This document shows positions 51,450-61,668 of a stretch of 64,000 nucleotides of DNA, one piece after another. Where the stretch lies: assembly GCA_038888155.1 (NCBI GenBank), contig JAWAJB010000003.1, positions 114,279-178,278 on the forward strand, read 5' to 3'. The translations under genes were made by a program, and so were the position numbers. The stretch comes from Desulfurococcaceae archaeon. GTDB lineage: Archaea > Thermoproteota > Thermoprotei_A > Sulfolobales > Desulfurococcaceae. The number at the start of each line of letters is the position of its first letter. Within the stretch, counting starts at the first letter, position 1. The notes under the pieces are model-generated. The model was given only the letters and a program-made list of their open reading frames with translations. It did no database searches and had not been told where the DNA came from.

Positions 51450-51839
51450 ATGAAGGCTGTACACACAGTTAGAGTACCCGAAAAAGCAGTTGTCCACGAT
51501 TACTTAAAGGACTACATTATCTCCAATGGCTTAAGGGGGGGAGTAATAGTAGGCATAGGCGGATTTGAGTACGCTCAACTCGGCTTCCTCAACGTGGCTT
51601 CTAAGACCTACGTGCTTAAGGAGTTCAGGGGAGGCGAGGAAATTTTAGAGGTAGCTCCAATAACAGGGAACTACATTGTAAAGCCTGACGGCAGCGTGAG
51701 CATACACCTCCACGCGAACATCTCAACAGTTGAGGGCGCAATAGCTGGCCACTTATTAAAAGCTGTTGTCAACCCCTTCTTAGAGCTGTTCTTAATTGAA
51801 GTAGGCAGTAGCGTCGGCGAAGTTTTCACTCACAGGTAG
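51450..51839 (+). CDS. DUF296/PPC domain protein
   Basis: GIGG, E..GN, HLHA, AGHL. Confidence 0.88.
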   Translation: MKAVHTVRVPEKAVVHDYLKDYIISNGLRGGVIVGIGGFEYAQLGFLNVASKTYVLKEFRGGEEILEVAPITGNYIVKPDGSVSIHLHANISTVEGAIAGHLLKAVVNPFLELFLIEVGSSVGEVFTHR

Positions 51840-51917
51840 GGATGAAGAGGAGCACCTACTTTTGCGGATAGGCCTATAATCAATTAAAGATTTTTCATAG
51901 GGGATCTTTAAAGTCTC

Positions 51918-52616
51918 TTAGTGTACAGAGAAGGTGCTTGCCTGAGTCAAGATGTATACAGCTGTAGAAATCATGATAAGCGATCCAGCGACTTTAATTG
52001 CCCTCTCGTTCCTCAAAATGAGGCCATAGGCGAACTTCAGCTTAGATATGAAGACCATTGCTATGTATATCAACACTAGCGGCGACACAAAGATAGCTAC
52101 ATAGAGCAGCGTCAGAAGAATCCACGTCGAGAACTCGTAGTTTTTAGTCACGATGTTGTATGCAATGTAGAGCCCCGCAGAGCAGGGGAGAAGAGCAAAG
52201 GAGGACAAAATGCCTAGGACGAACGCCGAGAGCGCGCTCTTGTTCACTAGCTTGTTCAGCCTAAGCGCTGAAGCTACCCTGCACGGTAACTCATCTTCCC
52301 TGCACACTAGCTCGTTGCTCTGAGGCCTCCTAGCTGAAGTCGCTAGGGTGAAGAAGCCGTACATGAACATCACAATTGCTAGCATGTGAGTGGGAACTCT
52401 CACAGCCAAGTACTTGAGTAGCGCCCCAAATATAACGTAGCCTATGTACAAGGCAATTATGTACGCCCCTCCATTTCTGGCAGCGTACTTCACATCTATG
52501 AGGATAGATGAGCTGAGAATTAGCGCGAATAGCGTGTATATGCATGGATCAAAAGAGTCCAATAGCGCATATGTGAGCACCATTACTAGTATTTCTGGGG
52601 CTACCACTAAGGGCAC
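51918..52616 (-). CDS. CcdA/DsbD-like transmembrane thiol-disulfide protein
   Basis: DSFDPC and LPCSAG.Y motifs in TM segments. Confidence 0.8.
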   Translation of the reverse strand: MPLVVAPEILVMVLTYALLDSFDPCIYTLFALILSSSILIDVKYAARNGGAYIIALYIGYVIFGALLKYLAVRVPTHMLAIVMFMYGFFTLATSARRPQSNELVCREDELPCRVASALRLNKLVNKSALSAFVLGILSSFALLPCSAGLYIAYNIVTKNYEFSTWILLTLLYVAIFVSPLVLIYIAMVFISKLKFAYGLILRNERAIKVAGSLIMISTAVYILTQASTFSVH

Positions 52617-52731
52617 CTTCTTGGGCTGCCTTTCTCTGTATGCGATTATTATTTACTTTTACCCGCTAACCTACTAATATACTGCACTGAACTTATAATA
52701 ACGAACTTGCCCTCTCCAATTATAAGGAAAC

Positions 52732-53619
52732 TCAGCACTCCTTCTCTAGGAGCTCTCTGAGGCCCTCCTCTATTTTAACAGAAGGAGACCAGCCAAGCTC
52801 AAGGGCTCTCCTAATGTCCGCCACACTGCGCTTGATGTCGCCGCGCCTAGGGGGCTCGTACACAGGGCTGCCTGTGATCCCAGCCAAGTCCATTACTAGC
52901 CTAGCCAGTTTATTAATGGTTATACCCTCGCCCGTCCCCGCATTGAAAACTCCGACCTTTTTCTTGTCAATTACTATCTGAATGAATTTTGCCAAGTCCC
53001 TCACGTGAATGAAGTCCCTTACTTGCTCCCCGCCGCCGTATATTACAGGGGGGAGGCCCTGCCTAGCCCTTTCAACGAACTTCAGTATTACGCCCGAGTA
53101 AGCTTTACTCTGGCAGGGCCCATAGACGTTAAACGGCCTTATAATGGTGTACTCAGCTCCCATCCTTCCGTAAAAAGCAATTACCTCCTCTCCCATCCAC
53201 TTGCTGAGGCCGTACAAAGAGATAGGATTAGCAGGGTGGTCTTCACTCACTGGTATACTATGAGGTTCACCGTAAACAGCAGCAGAGCTTATGTAAATTA
53301 CGTGCGCGCCTCTCTCATAAGCTGCTTTTGCTATTTTAGCAGTAACAGCGGCGTTGTTGACTACGTACTTATAGGGCTCCTCAAAGGACTCTGCCACATC
53401 TATGTACGCAGCCGCGTGAACTATTACATCTGCGGGCGGGAGCTCCTGAAGATCTCTCAAGTCAGCTACTATTAAGCGGATTTTAGCGCCCCTCAAGGCG
53501 TTAATCATAGAGGCTCTCTCTAGGTTGTCAACAGCTAGCACATCGTATCCTTTGCTCTCTAGGTGAAGAGCTAAGTGCCCACCAATGAAGCCAGCTCCCC
53601 CAGTTATAAGAACTTTCAA
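52732..53619 (-). CDS. NAD-dependent epimerase/dehydratase (GalE-like)
   Basis: TGGAGFIG, SSAAVYG, YGLSK, FNVYGP, RDFIHV. Confidence 0.93.
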   Translation of the reverse strand: MKVLITGGAGFIGGHLALHLESKGYDVLAVDNLERASMINALRGAKIRLIVADLRDLQELPPADVIVHAAAYIDVAESFEEPYKYVVNNAAVTAKIAKAAYERGAHVIYISSAAVYGEPHSIPVSEDHPANPISLYGLSKWMGEEVIAFYGRMGAEYTIIRPFNVYGPCQSKAYSGVILKFVERARQGLPPVIYGGGEQVRDFIHVRDLAKFIQIVIDKKKVGVFNAGTGEGITINKLARLVMDLAGITGSPVYEPPRRGDIKRSVADIRRALELGWSPSVKIEEGLRELLEKEC

Positions 53620-53647
53620 GCGCCACCAGTCCTTAACTCCCCCAGAG

Positions 53648-54322
53648 CTACATGAGCAGAGCTATTGATCTCAAGACGTCTGCAACATCTTCGCACCTAT
53701 CTGCAGAGCTCTCAACTACGTCTACTATTTCCTTAACTAGTAAACAGTACGAGATCTTTGTTGCCTCATTGCAGAACGAGAAGGTCTCGCTTAGGGCCTC
53801 GATGCGGACCTCATCTACTTTTTCCTCTATTGACTCTATTTTGTTAGCTAGAGCTAAGACGTTTGCTTTTTCCTCGGAGACGAGCTTCTTAGACGCCTCT
53901 ACAATAAGCGTTGACGCCTCGTGAACGCTATCGGCCATCTCTAGGATTTTGTCCATTATGTTCCTCGGGATAATGTTGTCGCGTATAAACCCGAGCCTCC
54001 TAGTCCACGCCTTAGCGAATGAAGCTATGTCATCGCTCACAGTAACTAGCCTTATTACCTCCTCTCGGTCTATTGGGTGGAACAACCCCTTAGCTAGCTC
54101 TGCTAGGATTTTTCTCTTGAGGGCATCAGCTTCCTTCTCTAGGTCGAATACTTTACGCCACTCCTCGCTGAACTTCTCCCAGTTGTTCTCGCGGTGGGCC
54201 TTTAAGGCCTCTACGCCGTGCATAACTATATCTGCTATTTTAGAGGAGTGCTCAACGTACATTTCTAGTGCCTTTTTCTCCCGCGTCCTAGATATCCAGC
54301 CCCACGTGGACACTCTACCCAC
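53648..54322 (-). CDS. DUF47 / TIGR00153 phosphate transport regulator
   Basis: LEKEAD.LKR, PIDRE, ADRCEDVAD; coupled to a PiT gene. Confidence 0.9.
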   Translation of the reverse strand: MGRVSTWGWISRTREKKALEMYVEHSSKIADIVMHGVEALKAHRENNWEKFSEEWRKVFDLEKEADALKRKILAELAKGLFHPIDREEVIRLVTVSDDIASFAKAWTRRLGFIRDNIIPRNIMDKILEMADSVHEASTLIVEASKKLVSEEKANVLALANKIESIEEKVDEVRIEALSETFSFCNEATKISYCLLVKEIVDVVESSADRCEDVADVLRSIALLM

Positions 54323-55340
54323 CTATAAATAGAGTTGTAACTGCACAATATAATCCTGTACTTATAGCTATAACTAACGGGAGCGTGAGCACCCATGAGG
54401 CTAGTATCATTCCAATAATTCTGAGGTTAAGCCCTCGCTTAATGCTCCTGTTCTTAGCAATGCCTACTCCAATTATTGAAGAAACTGAAGTGTAAGTTGT
54501 AGAGATAGGCATTCCGTACCCCGTCAACAGGTAGGGTATAGTTGTAAATATCCACACAGATAGGGCTGTAGTCAAAGACGACGAGAGGGCGCTAATAGCG
54601 TCAAGCCTAGTGATCTTATAGCCCATCGTTTCAACTACTCGCTTGCCAGAGATTATGCCTCCAAGGGAAATAAACAGCGCCCCGTAGAGCGCGAGTAAAA
54701 TGTGCGAGCTGATCCCCGCGAATAGAAAAGAGCTACCGGCTACGGCCAAGTAGACGCCAGTAGCGTTAGCGACGTCGTTAGCCCCGAAGCAGTACCCGCT
54801 AAAGCCAACTAGGCTTGCAGCTACCCCCCTTACCGTCCTTTCTCTCATTAGCTCTCTTCTCTCAATTGCCTCGAGCGCTAAGTACACGAACGTAGCAAAA
54901 GGTATTGTCAATAGGGGGGATGCAACCCAGCTGGCTATAATTTTGTACACAGTGCTGAAGTTAACTAGCCCCCAATCCCTAGTCTTGAGGATATACGCTA
55001 CTCCAATGCCTATTACCCCGCTAGTAATGCTCTGCGACGTTGAGACGGGCAAGCCTAGCGCTGTAGCAACAGCTACCCATATAACAGCAGAAATAGATGC
55101 AATTACAGCTCCAACGACGTCGAGGTCCTTGACTATACCGTGGCCTAGGGTCTTCATTACCATATACCCCTGAAGGAGAGAGCCAGCTATGACGCTTACG
55201 GCAAAAATCAGCGATGCAGCTCTGTACTTCAAAGTCCCGCTCCCAATGAAAGCAGCCACTACATTGGCCATGTCGTTAGCGCCCATTAGCCACGCATAAG
55301 CTGCTGCAAGCGCTAGGCCAACAAGTAAAAGCAAGTCCAA
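54315..55340 (-). CDS. pitA: Inorganic phosphate transporter (PiT family)
   Basis: GANDMAN, GLPVSTSQ, GANDVAN, GMPISTT. Confidence 0.93.
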   Translation of the reverse strand: MDLLLLVGLALAAAYAWLMGANDMANVVAAFIGSGTLKYRAASLIFAVSVIAGSLLQGYMVMKTLGHGIVKDLDVVGAVIASISAVIWVAVATALGLPVSTSQSITSGVIGIGVAYILKTRDWGLVNFSTVYKIIASWVASPLLTIPFATFVYLALEAIERRELMRERTVRGVAASLVGFSGYCFGANDVANATGVYLAVAGSSFLFAGISSHILLALYGALFISLGGIISGKRVVETMGYKITRLDAISALSSSLTTALSVWIFTTIPYLLTGYGMPISTTYTSVSSIIGVGIAKNRSIKRGLNLRIIGMILASWVLTLPLVIAISTGLYCAVTTLFIGG

Positions 55341-55597
55341 GAAAAATCACCGCTTTATAAATATTGGTTGAAGGATTAAATAAGAAACGAAGCATCTATA
55401 TACATATATATATTTCGCTGCTAGAAGCTCTACTTCACCCTACTTACCCCCATTCAATTTAGCGGCAGTTTACTGCGCAATTAAACCATGTTTGGAGCTG
55501 TGGCCTTATTTTAATAGGGTGTTTACTAGCTTGTATACATTGGATGAAGAGGGCTGTACTCTCCGAGTTGGTGAGGAATCCATTGAATGCTGACCCT

Positions 55598-56470
55598 CTA
55601 CACCTTTCCTGTAACCAGCTTGATGAATAAGCTGTGCGCTCTACTTGGCTTAGGCTTAAGTGCAAGCCCCACCTCGAGGGAAGTTTCAGCCTTTGCGCGC
55701 TCCACAAAGTACCGCGACCTAAGGCCTTCCCACTCTTTATCCTCTAAGTACTTTGAGACAAGCTCGCGCACTTCCTTGGTCTTAGTGTAAACGAGTACTC
55801 TGCCGGGCGCAACAACAGCAATAAAGTCCACTTTATCTAGCACGCCTACGTAGGGAGCAATAGCGTCGTTAAAGCTCTCAACGAACGCTATATCTGAATC
55901 TCGCGAGATTTTATCTAGGCAAGCGTTTAAATTCTCCTCAACTGCTGGCGAGCTCAAGTAAGCAAGAGCCTCTGTAATAGAGCTTTGCTCTGCGTTGAGC
56001 CTCCTGTAAGCCCTTTCAACAGCCCTTCTCACTCTAGGCGGAGCTCTCCCTAAGTTCTCTAAGTACACGTAGTGCTTCACTGAGCCGTTGCTACAATTAC
56101 TGAAGCGGGAGAGGACAGCTGTCGAGGGAGCGCTCTCTAAGTCCCTCATGTAGCTTTCGACATCTTTGTACAGGTAGGGGTCAGGCGGAGCTGTTGCTAA
56201 AGCTATAGGATTGGATAGTGAGACTGCGTCTACCAGCCCGCTGTTATAGTACTCTAGGATATCGTTGCCTACTAGCAAGCCCAATTCAATGCTCTTTCTC
56301 AGCGTCTTAGGGCTGTACCACAAGTTGTGAGCAGCCACAGGCTTAAACACGCCTACTCTAATACCCATGACTTTAGCCGCTAGCGCAGAGCTCACAGTAA
56401 ACCAAGTCTTGCCCGCGTCGTAGGGTATTAAGCCGGAGATTAGCACCAGCCTAGTCATAGCCTCGCCCAC
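55598..56470 (-). CDS. Archaeal P-loop ATPase (COG4028-like)
   Basis: YDAGKT, FKPVAAHN.W, VESFND. Confidence 0.8.
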   Translation of the reverse strand: MGEAMTRLVLISGLIPYDAGKTWFTVSSALAAKVMGIRVGVFKPVAAHNLWYSPKTLRKSIELGLLVGNDILEYYNSGLVDAVSLSNPIALATAPPDPYLYKDVESYMRDLESAPSTAVLSRFSNCSNGSVKHYVYLENLGRAPPRVRRAVERAYRRLNAEQSSITEALAYLSSPAVEENLNACLDKISRDSDIAFVESFNDAIAPYVGVLDKVDFIAVVAPGRVLVYTKTKEVRELVSKYLEDKEWEGLRSRYFVERAKAETSLEVGLALKPKPSRAHSLFIKLVTGKV

Positions 56471-56549
56471 CAGCTTGAAATAGGCGCTCAGCTTTATTAA
56501 ATGGCGAGCTGTTTTCCACTACAAGCTACAGCTCAGCCTCACTCAACCG

Positions 56550-56577
56550 CACTGGAGCGCGCTCGCGCGCTCCAGTG
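56550..56577. repeat. Perfect inverted repeat / hairpin between divergent genes
   Basis: CACTGGAGCGCGC-TC-GCGCGCTCCAGTG, 13-bp arms. Confidence 0.85.
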
Positions 56578-56632
56578 AGTAGCTTTTTTATTTGCGCCCT
56601 AACTAAAACTAAAATGTAGAGGTGTCTTCGCT

Positions 56633-57853
56633 TTGAATAAATCTGTTAGAGAGAATTTTCCTACGCTAGGAGTTTACAATGCGTACTTGAATACAGCATC
56701 GCTTGGCTTGATCCCCAGATCAACTGTTTCGCTGTTAAATAGCATCCTTTCTGAGCTAAGCCTTGAGCCAGACCTCGAGGACTACCTAGATGGAGTTAAG
56801 GAGAACGCTAGGAGAGAGATAGGGAGGCTGATTAACGCAAAACCCATCGAGATAGGCTTCAGCATACAGACCACAGAGTGCTTAAAGAAAGCTATTACCA
56901 TGCTCGAGCCTGACGAGGGAACGGGAGTTATCTCGCTAGACCTAGAGTTCCCCACAGTGACCTCTATAATTGAATCTATGTGCAGGGCTAAGAAGTGCAA
57001 GCCAATAGTAGTTAGCTCGCGCTCACTCGAGGACTTAGAGAGCGCCTTCAATAGGGCTGCAAGGGAGAGCAACTTAAAGAAGCTCATAATTGCAGTCTCC
57101 TCCGTTAATTGGGTGAGGGGATTCAGGTTGAAGCTAAGGGAGCTATCTAAGATAGCCCATGAGAACAGCGGGCTCTTGATAGTGGACGGTGTCCAGCAAG
57201 TTGGGGCTTTAAAGCTAGACGCGAAAAAAGAGGACGTAGATATACTCTGCTCTGGCGGCGAGAAGTGGCTCCTCACCCCGTGCATTGGTGCTGGCTTTAT
57301 GTACATTAGGGAAGAGCTAATTAGCGAGCTCGAGCTCCCCCCCTACGGTATTCTGAACAGGAGCGAGCCTGAAAACAAGTGGAGCTACTACTGGGCAGAT
57401 CCCAACAAAGACCCTTGGGCTTTACCCCCCGTTTCAAGGGATGCAGCTAAGTACGAGTGGGGCGGAGGCCCAGCTTACTTCCCCATAGCTGCCCTTGGGG
57501 AGTCCGTTAAGCTAATTAATTCAATCGGCATTGAAGCTGTAGAAGAGCACTTAATGAGGCTCAGGAAAGCCATCTTGGACAAAGCCATAGAGAATGGGTA
57601 CACGTTCTTAAGTCCTACATCAGATCCTGAGAGGTACTCCTCTATAGTGCTCGTGTCAACTGGTAGAGGAATAAGCGTAGACATGAAGATAGCAAAAACG
57701 CTGAGGAGCACAAAGTACATGATATCTTATCGCGGGGCAAACGGGTTCGGAGGGATAAGGATCTCACCGCATTTCTATAATACCCTCGAGGACATTGAGA
57801 TATTCTTCGAAGAATTCAGTAGGCAAGTTAGGAGCGCAAGCTCTGGAATATAG
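56633..57853 (+). CDS. Class V PLP aminotransferase / cysteine desulfurase-like
   Basis: YLNTASLG, VDGVQQVG, GGEKWL (PLP Lys), IRISPHFYNT. Confidence 0.9.
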   Translation: MNKSVRENFPTLGVYNAYLNTASLGLIPRSTVSLLNSILSELSLEPDLEDYLDGVKENARREIGRLINAKPIEIGFSIQTTECLKKAITMLEPDEGTGVISLDLEFPTVTSIIESMCRAKKCKPIVVSSRSLEDLESAFNRAARESNLKKLIIAVSSVNWVRGFRLKLRELSKIAHENSGLLIVDGVQQVGALKLDAKKEDVDILCSGGEKWLLTPCIGAGFMYIREELISELELPPYGILNRSEPENKWSYYWADPNKDPWALPPVSRDAAKYEWGGGPAYFPIAALGESVKLINSIGIEAVEEHLMRLRKAILDKAIENGYTFLSPTSDPERYSSIVLVSTGRGISVDMKIAKTLRSTKYMISYRGANGFGGIRISPHFYNTLEDIEIFFEEFSRQVRSASSGI

Positions 57854-58223
57854 AGGCTGTTACCTCTTCATTTAGATGGCGCTAGACTAGCCAATTTGCG
57901 TCCCTCCTGCGTCAATTTATTTTAACTTTTTACAGCTCTTTATGAAATCATCTACTATATTAAATACGCCAGGTAAAGGAGCTTACATTATTGGGGCTTA
58001 GAACGCATCTGGACACTCAATCTGTCGCTGATGAGCACTAGGTCATTGTTGCAGTGGACAACGGGGTAGCTAGAGCCGATTTCCAATATACCTTGAAGTT
58101 ACATATATAGGAAGTTTACATGAATCTCCAAAAAATCTTGTGTTAAAGGTCAAAAATTTTGCTAATCGTGGGAATTAAATATATATAAGGCTATTTATAT
58201 AATTATGCATAAAGGGTATCTAT

Positions 58224-60011
58224 ATGACTATAGAACGATTCGCATCTATCCTGGCAAAGTACCTGCAGAAACTTGGGACTAGGCATGTATTCGTTTACCC
58301 TGGGCTAGCCGATCTACCCTTGTTATCCAGTATAAAGTATGAAACTAATATTCAAGGAATATACCCAAGGAAAGAAGACCAAGCAGTATTTATGGCTGAT
58401 GGATACTGGAGGGCATCAAGGGATCTACCCCTGGGTGTCGTCATTACCACACAGGGACCTGGCTTGATGTATGCTCTAGCACCGTTAAACAATGCGTTCT
58501 TAGACTCCAGCGCTTTGCTTCATATCTCAGGTACGACGCCGACTTTATGGGTAGATAGAGGGAGGATTCAGGAGCTATATAGACATGGGCCAGATATGTG
58601 GGAAGAATTTATTAGACCAATTGTTAAGAGAGCCTTTAGGATCCCAAGGCCGGAGATAGGCATTGAAATAGTGGCCAAGGCCCATTACACTTCTATATCC
58701 GGGAGACCGGGCCCCACAAGTGTGTTAATACCTAATGATGTGATGTACCATTACGAAGAAAGTCTAAGTAAGAAAACAAGGTGGGTGGACCCGACTCCCT
58801 ACACTAGTTGCTCACGGGTAGCCCCTTGTCCGTACGCGATAACTAAAGCCGTAGATCTTGTGCTCAAGGCAGAGAGACCTTTAATCCTGGCTGGAGGTGG
58901 GGTTCATAACTCGAGGGCTTGGGAAGAGCTCAGATCCCTGGTGGAGACATTCACTGTTCCTATGATAACAACATTTATGGGTAAGGGGGCATTGCCCGAA
59001 GATCATCCATTAAATCTAGGCGTGGCGGGAGCATGCGGGTCTTTGTTAGCGAATAAGGCAGCAATGGAAACGGATGTTCTCATTGCTGTTGGTGCTAGGT
59101 TCAGCGAGATGCATACTATAGGTTACCAACTATATAAGATTCCAACCGACACTAAGCTTATACACGTCGACATTGACCCAACAGAGATTAATAGAGTATA
59201 CCCCGCAGAAGTAGGGATAATTGCCGACGCAAAAATAGCTCTGAAGACCATCAACGAAGCTTTACTATATAAGGTAGGAAAGAAGCAGTTGCCGCCGGAG
59301 TCCTGGCTCGCAAAAATAAAGAAGTACGCTGAAGAATGGGATAGAGTTTTCACAGAAGAAACCAGTAAGCCAAACCTGGAGTACTCTACAGTATTTAGCG
59401 ATGTTTCGAAAATAATAAAGGAGGTTAATTCAAAGACAACAGTTTTCGCAGACACCGGACTCACGCATACATATGCTCCACCTTTCTTTAAGGCCTTTAG
59501 CGAAGCTTTCTCTACAGATGGACACATGGCACAAATGGGCTTTGCACCCGCAGGGATAATCGGCGCGAAACTAAAAAGGCCCGATCATCCTGCGGTTTCT
59601 CTCTCAGGAGACGGGCCGATTTTCATGGTAGGAAGCGCTATATCGACAGCGGTCGAAAACGAGATTCCTGTTGTATGGGTTGTTATGGAGAATAAGGCTA
59701 CATACATAGAAACAGTTCTTCAGGAGGACTGGCTACAAGGCGAGGCGTGGAGTGTTTGGAGAAGGAAAGGCGAACCATATAACCCTGATATAGTGAAAAT
59801 GACTGAGAGCATGGGTGCTAGAGCTGTAAAAGTTAAGACGCGGGACGAGTTCAGAGAAACATTTAAGGAAGCCCTAAAGTCACCAGAGCCCTTCCTGATA
59901 GACGTACCTACACCATGGGTAAGAGGCTGGTGGGCTGGACCACCATTGGGACTCCATGTATGGCCTCTGCCGATATTTACAGGGGTACCATACACGCCGC
60001 CTAAGGGTTGA
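58224..60011 (+). CDS. ThDP-dependent enzyme, acetolactate synthase/carboligase-like
   Basis: RKEDQAVFMADGY, QGPG, GRPGP, AERPLILAGGG, MGF, SGDG. Confidence 0.9.
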   Translation: MTIERFASILAKYLQKLGTRHVFVYPGLADLPLLSSIKYETNIQGIYPRKEDQAVFMADGYWRASRDLPLGVVITTQGPGLMYALAPLNNAFLDSSALLHISGTTPTLWVDRGRIQELYRHGPDMWEEFIRPIVKRAFRIPRPEIGIEIVAKAHYTSISGRPGPTSVLIPNDVMYHYEESLSKKTRWVDPTPYTSCSRVAPCPYAITKAVDLVLKAERPLILAGGGVHNSRAWEELRSLVETFTVPMITTFMGKGALPEDHPLNLGVAGACGSLLANKAAMETDVLIAVGARFSEMHTIGYQLYKIPTDTKLIHVDIDPTEINRVYPAEVGIIADAKIALKTINEALLYKVGKKQLPPESWLAKIKKYAEEWDRVFTEETSKPNLEYSTVFSDVSKIIKEVNSKTTVFADTGLTHTYAPPFFKAFSEAFSTDGHMAQMGFAPAGIIGAKLKRPDHPAVSLSGDGPIFMVGSAISTAVENEIPVVWVVMENKATYIETVLQEDWLQGEAWSVWRRKGEPYNPDIVKMTESMGARAVKVKTRDEFRETFKEALKSPEPFLIDVPTPWVRGWWAGPPLGLHVWPLPIFTGVPYTPPKG

Positions 60012-60456
60012 TTGACCTTTTACTCATTTTTTTAATTTGATCACCTCTCTATCGCTGGCTTCCATCGGCTTTACTTGCCTCTTGAGACAATATTCCGGGT
60101 TAAGTTGTTAAAATATGCCTCGAATGGACCTTGGCGCTTAAGCAATGGACAGGCTAGGATTTTTATCTTCAATTCCTCTCATACACTCTAGCCTTCCAGT
60201 TCTGTAGTCTCCACGTAGTGATCCTGCTCGCACCGAGGACCTCCAGAATTCTCTCCATTCAATGCTTGTCCACTAACCACGTACTGAAGAATTCCGACTT
60301 CATCTATATTACCCATGCCTCCGAGCTCTGCGCTTCATACAAGGCTTCAATGTCCACCTCCAATAATTATTTGACTGCACCATTGTTTGAATGTTTAATG
60401 GAGTATACATGTTCCATGAAAAATTAGTTTATAAAACGTCACCGCGCATAGAGTAA

Positions 60457-60480
60457 CGCCCCGGGCGGAATATGAACCCG
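60457..60480 (-). repeat. Degenerate tRNA 3'-end-like fragment (possible att remnant)
   Basis: Minus strand CGGGTTCATATTCCGCCCGGGGCG resembles T-arm plus 3' acceptor strand. Confidence 0.4.
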
Positions 60481-60575
60481 TGTGTGCAGAGAGCTAGTAA
60501 GCCCCTTAAATCGGAGATTATTCCTTTACGCTGATTTATAAACTTCTAAAGCAATAAAATACTTGGCGATCTCCT

Positions 60576-60746
60576 GTGAGTGAAGAGAAGGAGGGAAAGA
60601 AGGAAAAAGGCAAGGCAGAAGAAGTCGCTGAGAAGACTGGTGAGGCAGTAGCTAAGGGAGCAAAGAAGGGTGTTGGAGTAGTCAAAGGCCTTGGTAAAGG
60701 CTTATCAAAGGGGATTAAAGGAGAAGAAGAAAAGGAAGAAAAGTAA
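60576..60746 (+). CDS. Small K/E/G-rich protein (56 aa), not in ORF track
   Basis: GTG..TAA, MSEEKEGKKEKGKAEEVAEKTGEAVAKGAKKGVGVVKGLGKGLSKGIKGEEEKEEK; TTTATAAA at 60535-60542; T-tract downstream. Confidence 0.75.
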   Translation: MSEEKEGKKEKGKAEEVAEKTGEAVAKGAKKGVGVVKGLGKGLSKGIKGEEEKEEK

Positions 60747-60873
60747 GAACTTTAATTCCGCACGCATCTCACTTCATTTTTCACATAAACTCACCTATTT
60801 GAGCTGGATTTTCCTACCCTTCAAAGCCTTAAGATAGGGGCAACTGCTTATCCTCCATTCCCTCGCCATGAGA

Positions 60874-61299
60874 TCAACATTCATCACTTCTATTCTCCAA
60901 GAATTTTTCAACGTACTGTCTAATTCCTTCTCTAACGATATCGTCCACTAAATAAACTACGCCAGGCAAGCCAACGATGCAGTGCTCACTAGGGGACTTT
61001 GTATCAGCGATGTGGGCATCGTTGTCGGGCATTTCCGACAAATGATGTAAGGGGGATGTTAAGCTCACGCATTTATTCCAGGAGAAGAGGCTTTGAATAG
61101 CACATGCAATACATAGGGCGATTGAAGAAGGCTTTATCACAGAGGACTTAAACGTGGACGGTCTTTGCCTAGAGCCCTCGCCGGCAGCTTGAATAAGTCC
61201 ATTCAAATTGCACACATAAAGAATATTCATCATACACATATATGTAGATGTATTAACGCCTTTAGTCATGCTCAAGAATATACTGTTAGGATTTTTCAT
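60874..61299 (-). CDS. Hypothetical protein or eroded gene
   Basis: 141 aa ORF in the AT-richer island; no recognisable family. Confidence 0.3.
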   Translation of the reverse strand: MKNPNSIFLSMTKGVNTSTYMCMMNILYVCNLNGLIQAAGEGSRQRPSTFKSSVIKPSSIALCIACAIQSLFSWNKCVSLTSPLHHLSEMPDNDAHIADTKSPSEHCIVGLPGVVYLVDDIVREGIRQYVEKFLENRSDEC

Positions 61300-61408
61300 A
61301 TACTTTTATTTTGTACAAATTGATGCTTCCACCAGAGTGCACTTCATTTAATTCAATGTCCTCAATGCTGAAAGGTATTTCTAATTTATACGTTGATTGG
61401 AGTCGAGC

Positions 61409-61636
61409 CTAGAAATCCTCTGGATCATTCGTGATATTGACAAACTCATATGTCAGGTTCCTCGATGAAACAACGTAGATCAAGCTCATATTGTTCTTAG
61501 CCATAAAGTATATCGCTCGTTCTAATCCAGGCTCTCCGCTAGTTGCAATTACGTTAATCGGGTTTCTTAAATGTACATCCAACTCTGGATACATCAAGTA
61601 ATTAACCAAGACCGGGTCTTTAACCGCGTAGAGCAA
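61409..61636 (-). pseudogene. Probable C-terminal gene fragment
   Basis: 75 aa protein-like stretch with no clear N-terminus, next to the composition change near 61650. Confidence 0.35.
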
Positions 61637-61668
61637 CTCCGCTATTCTAGAAGAATCAGCTAAATTAA

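Noticed and set aside
60040-60427. ORF 60218-60427 and broken minus-strand frames
   Set aside because: No recognisable motifs and multiple stops; unassignable debris
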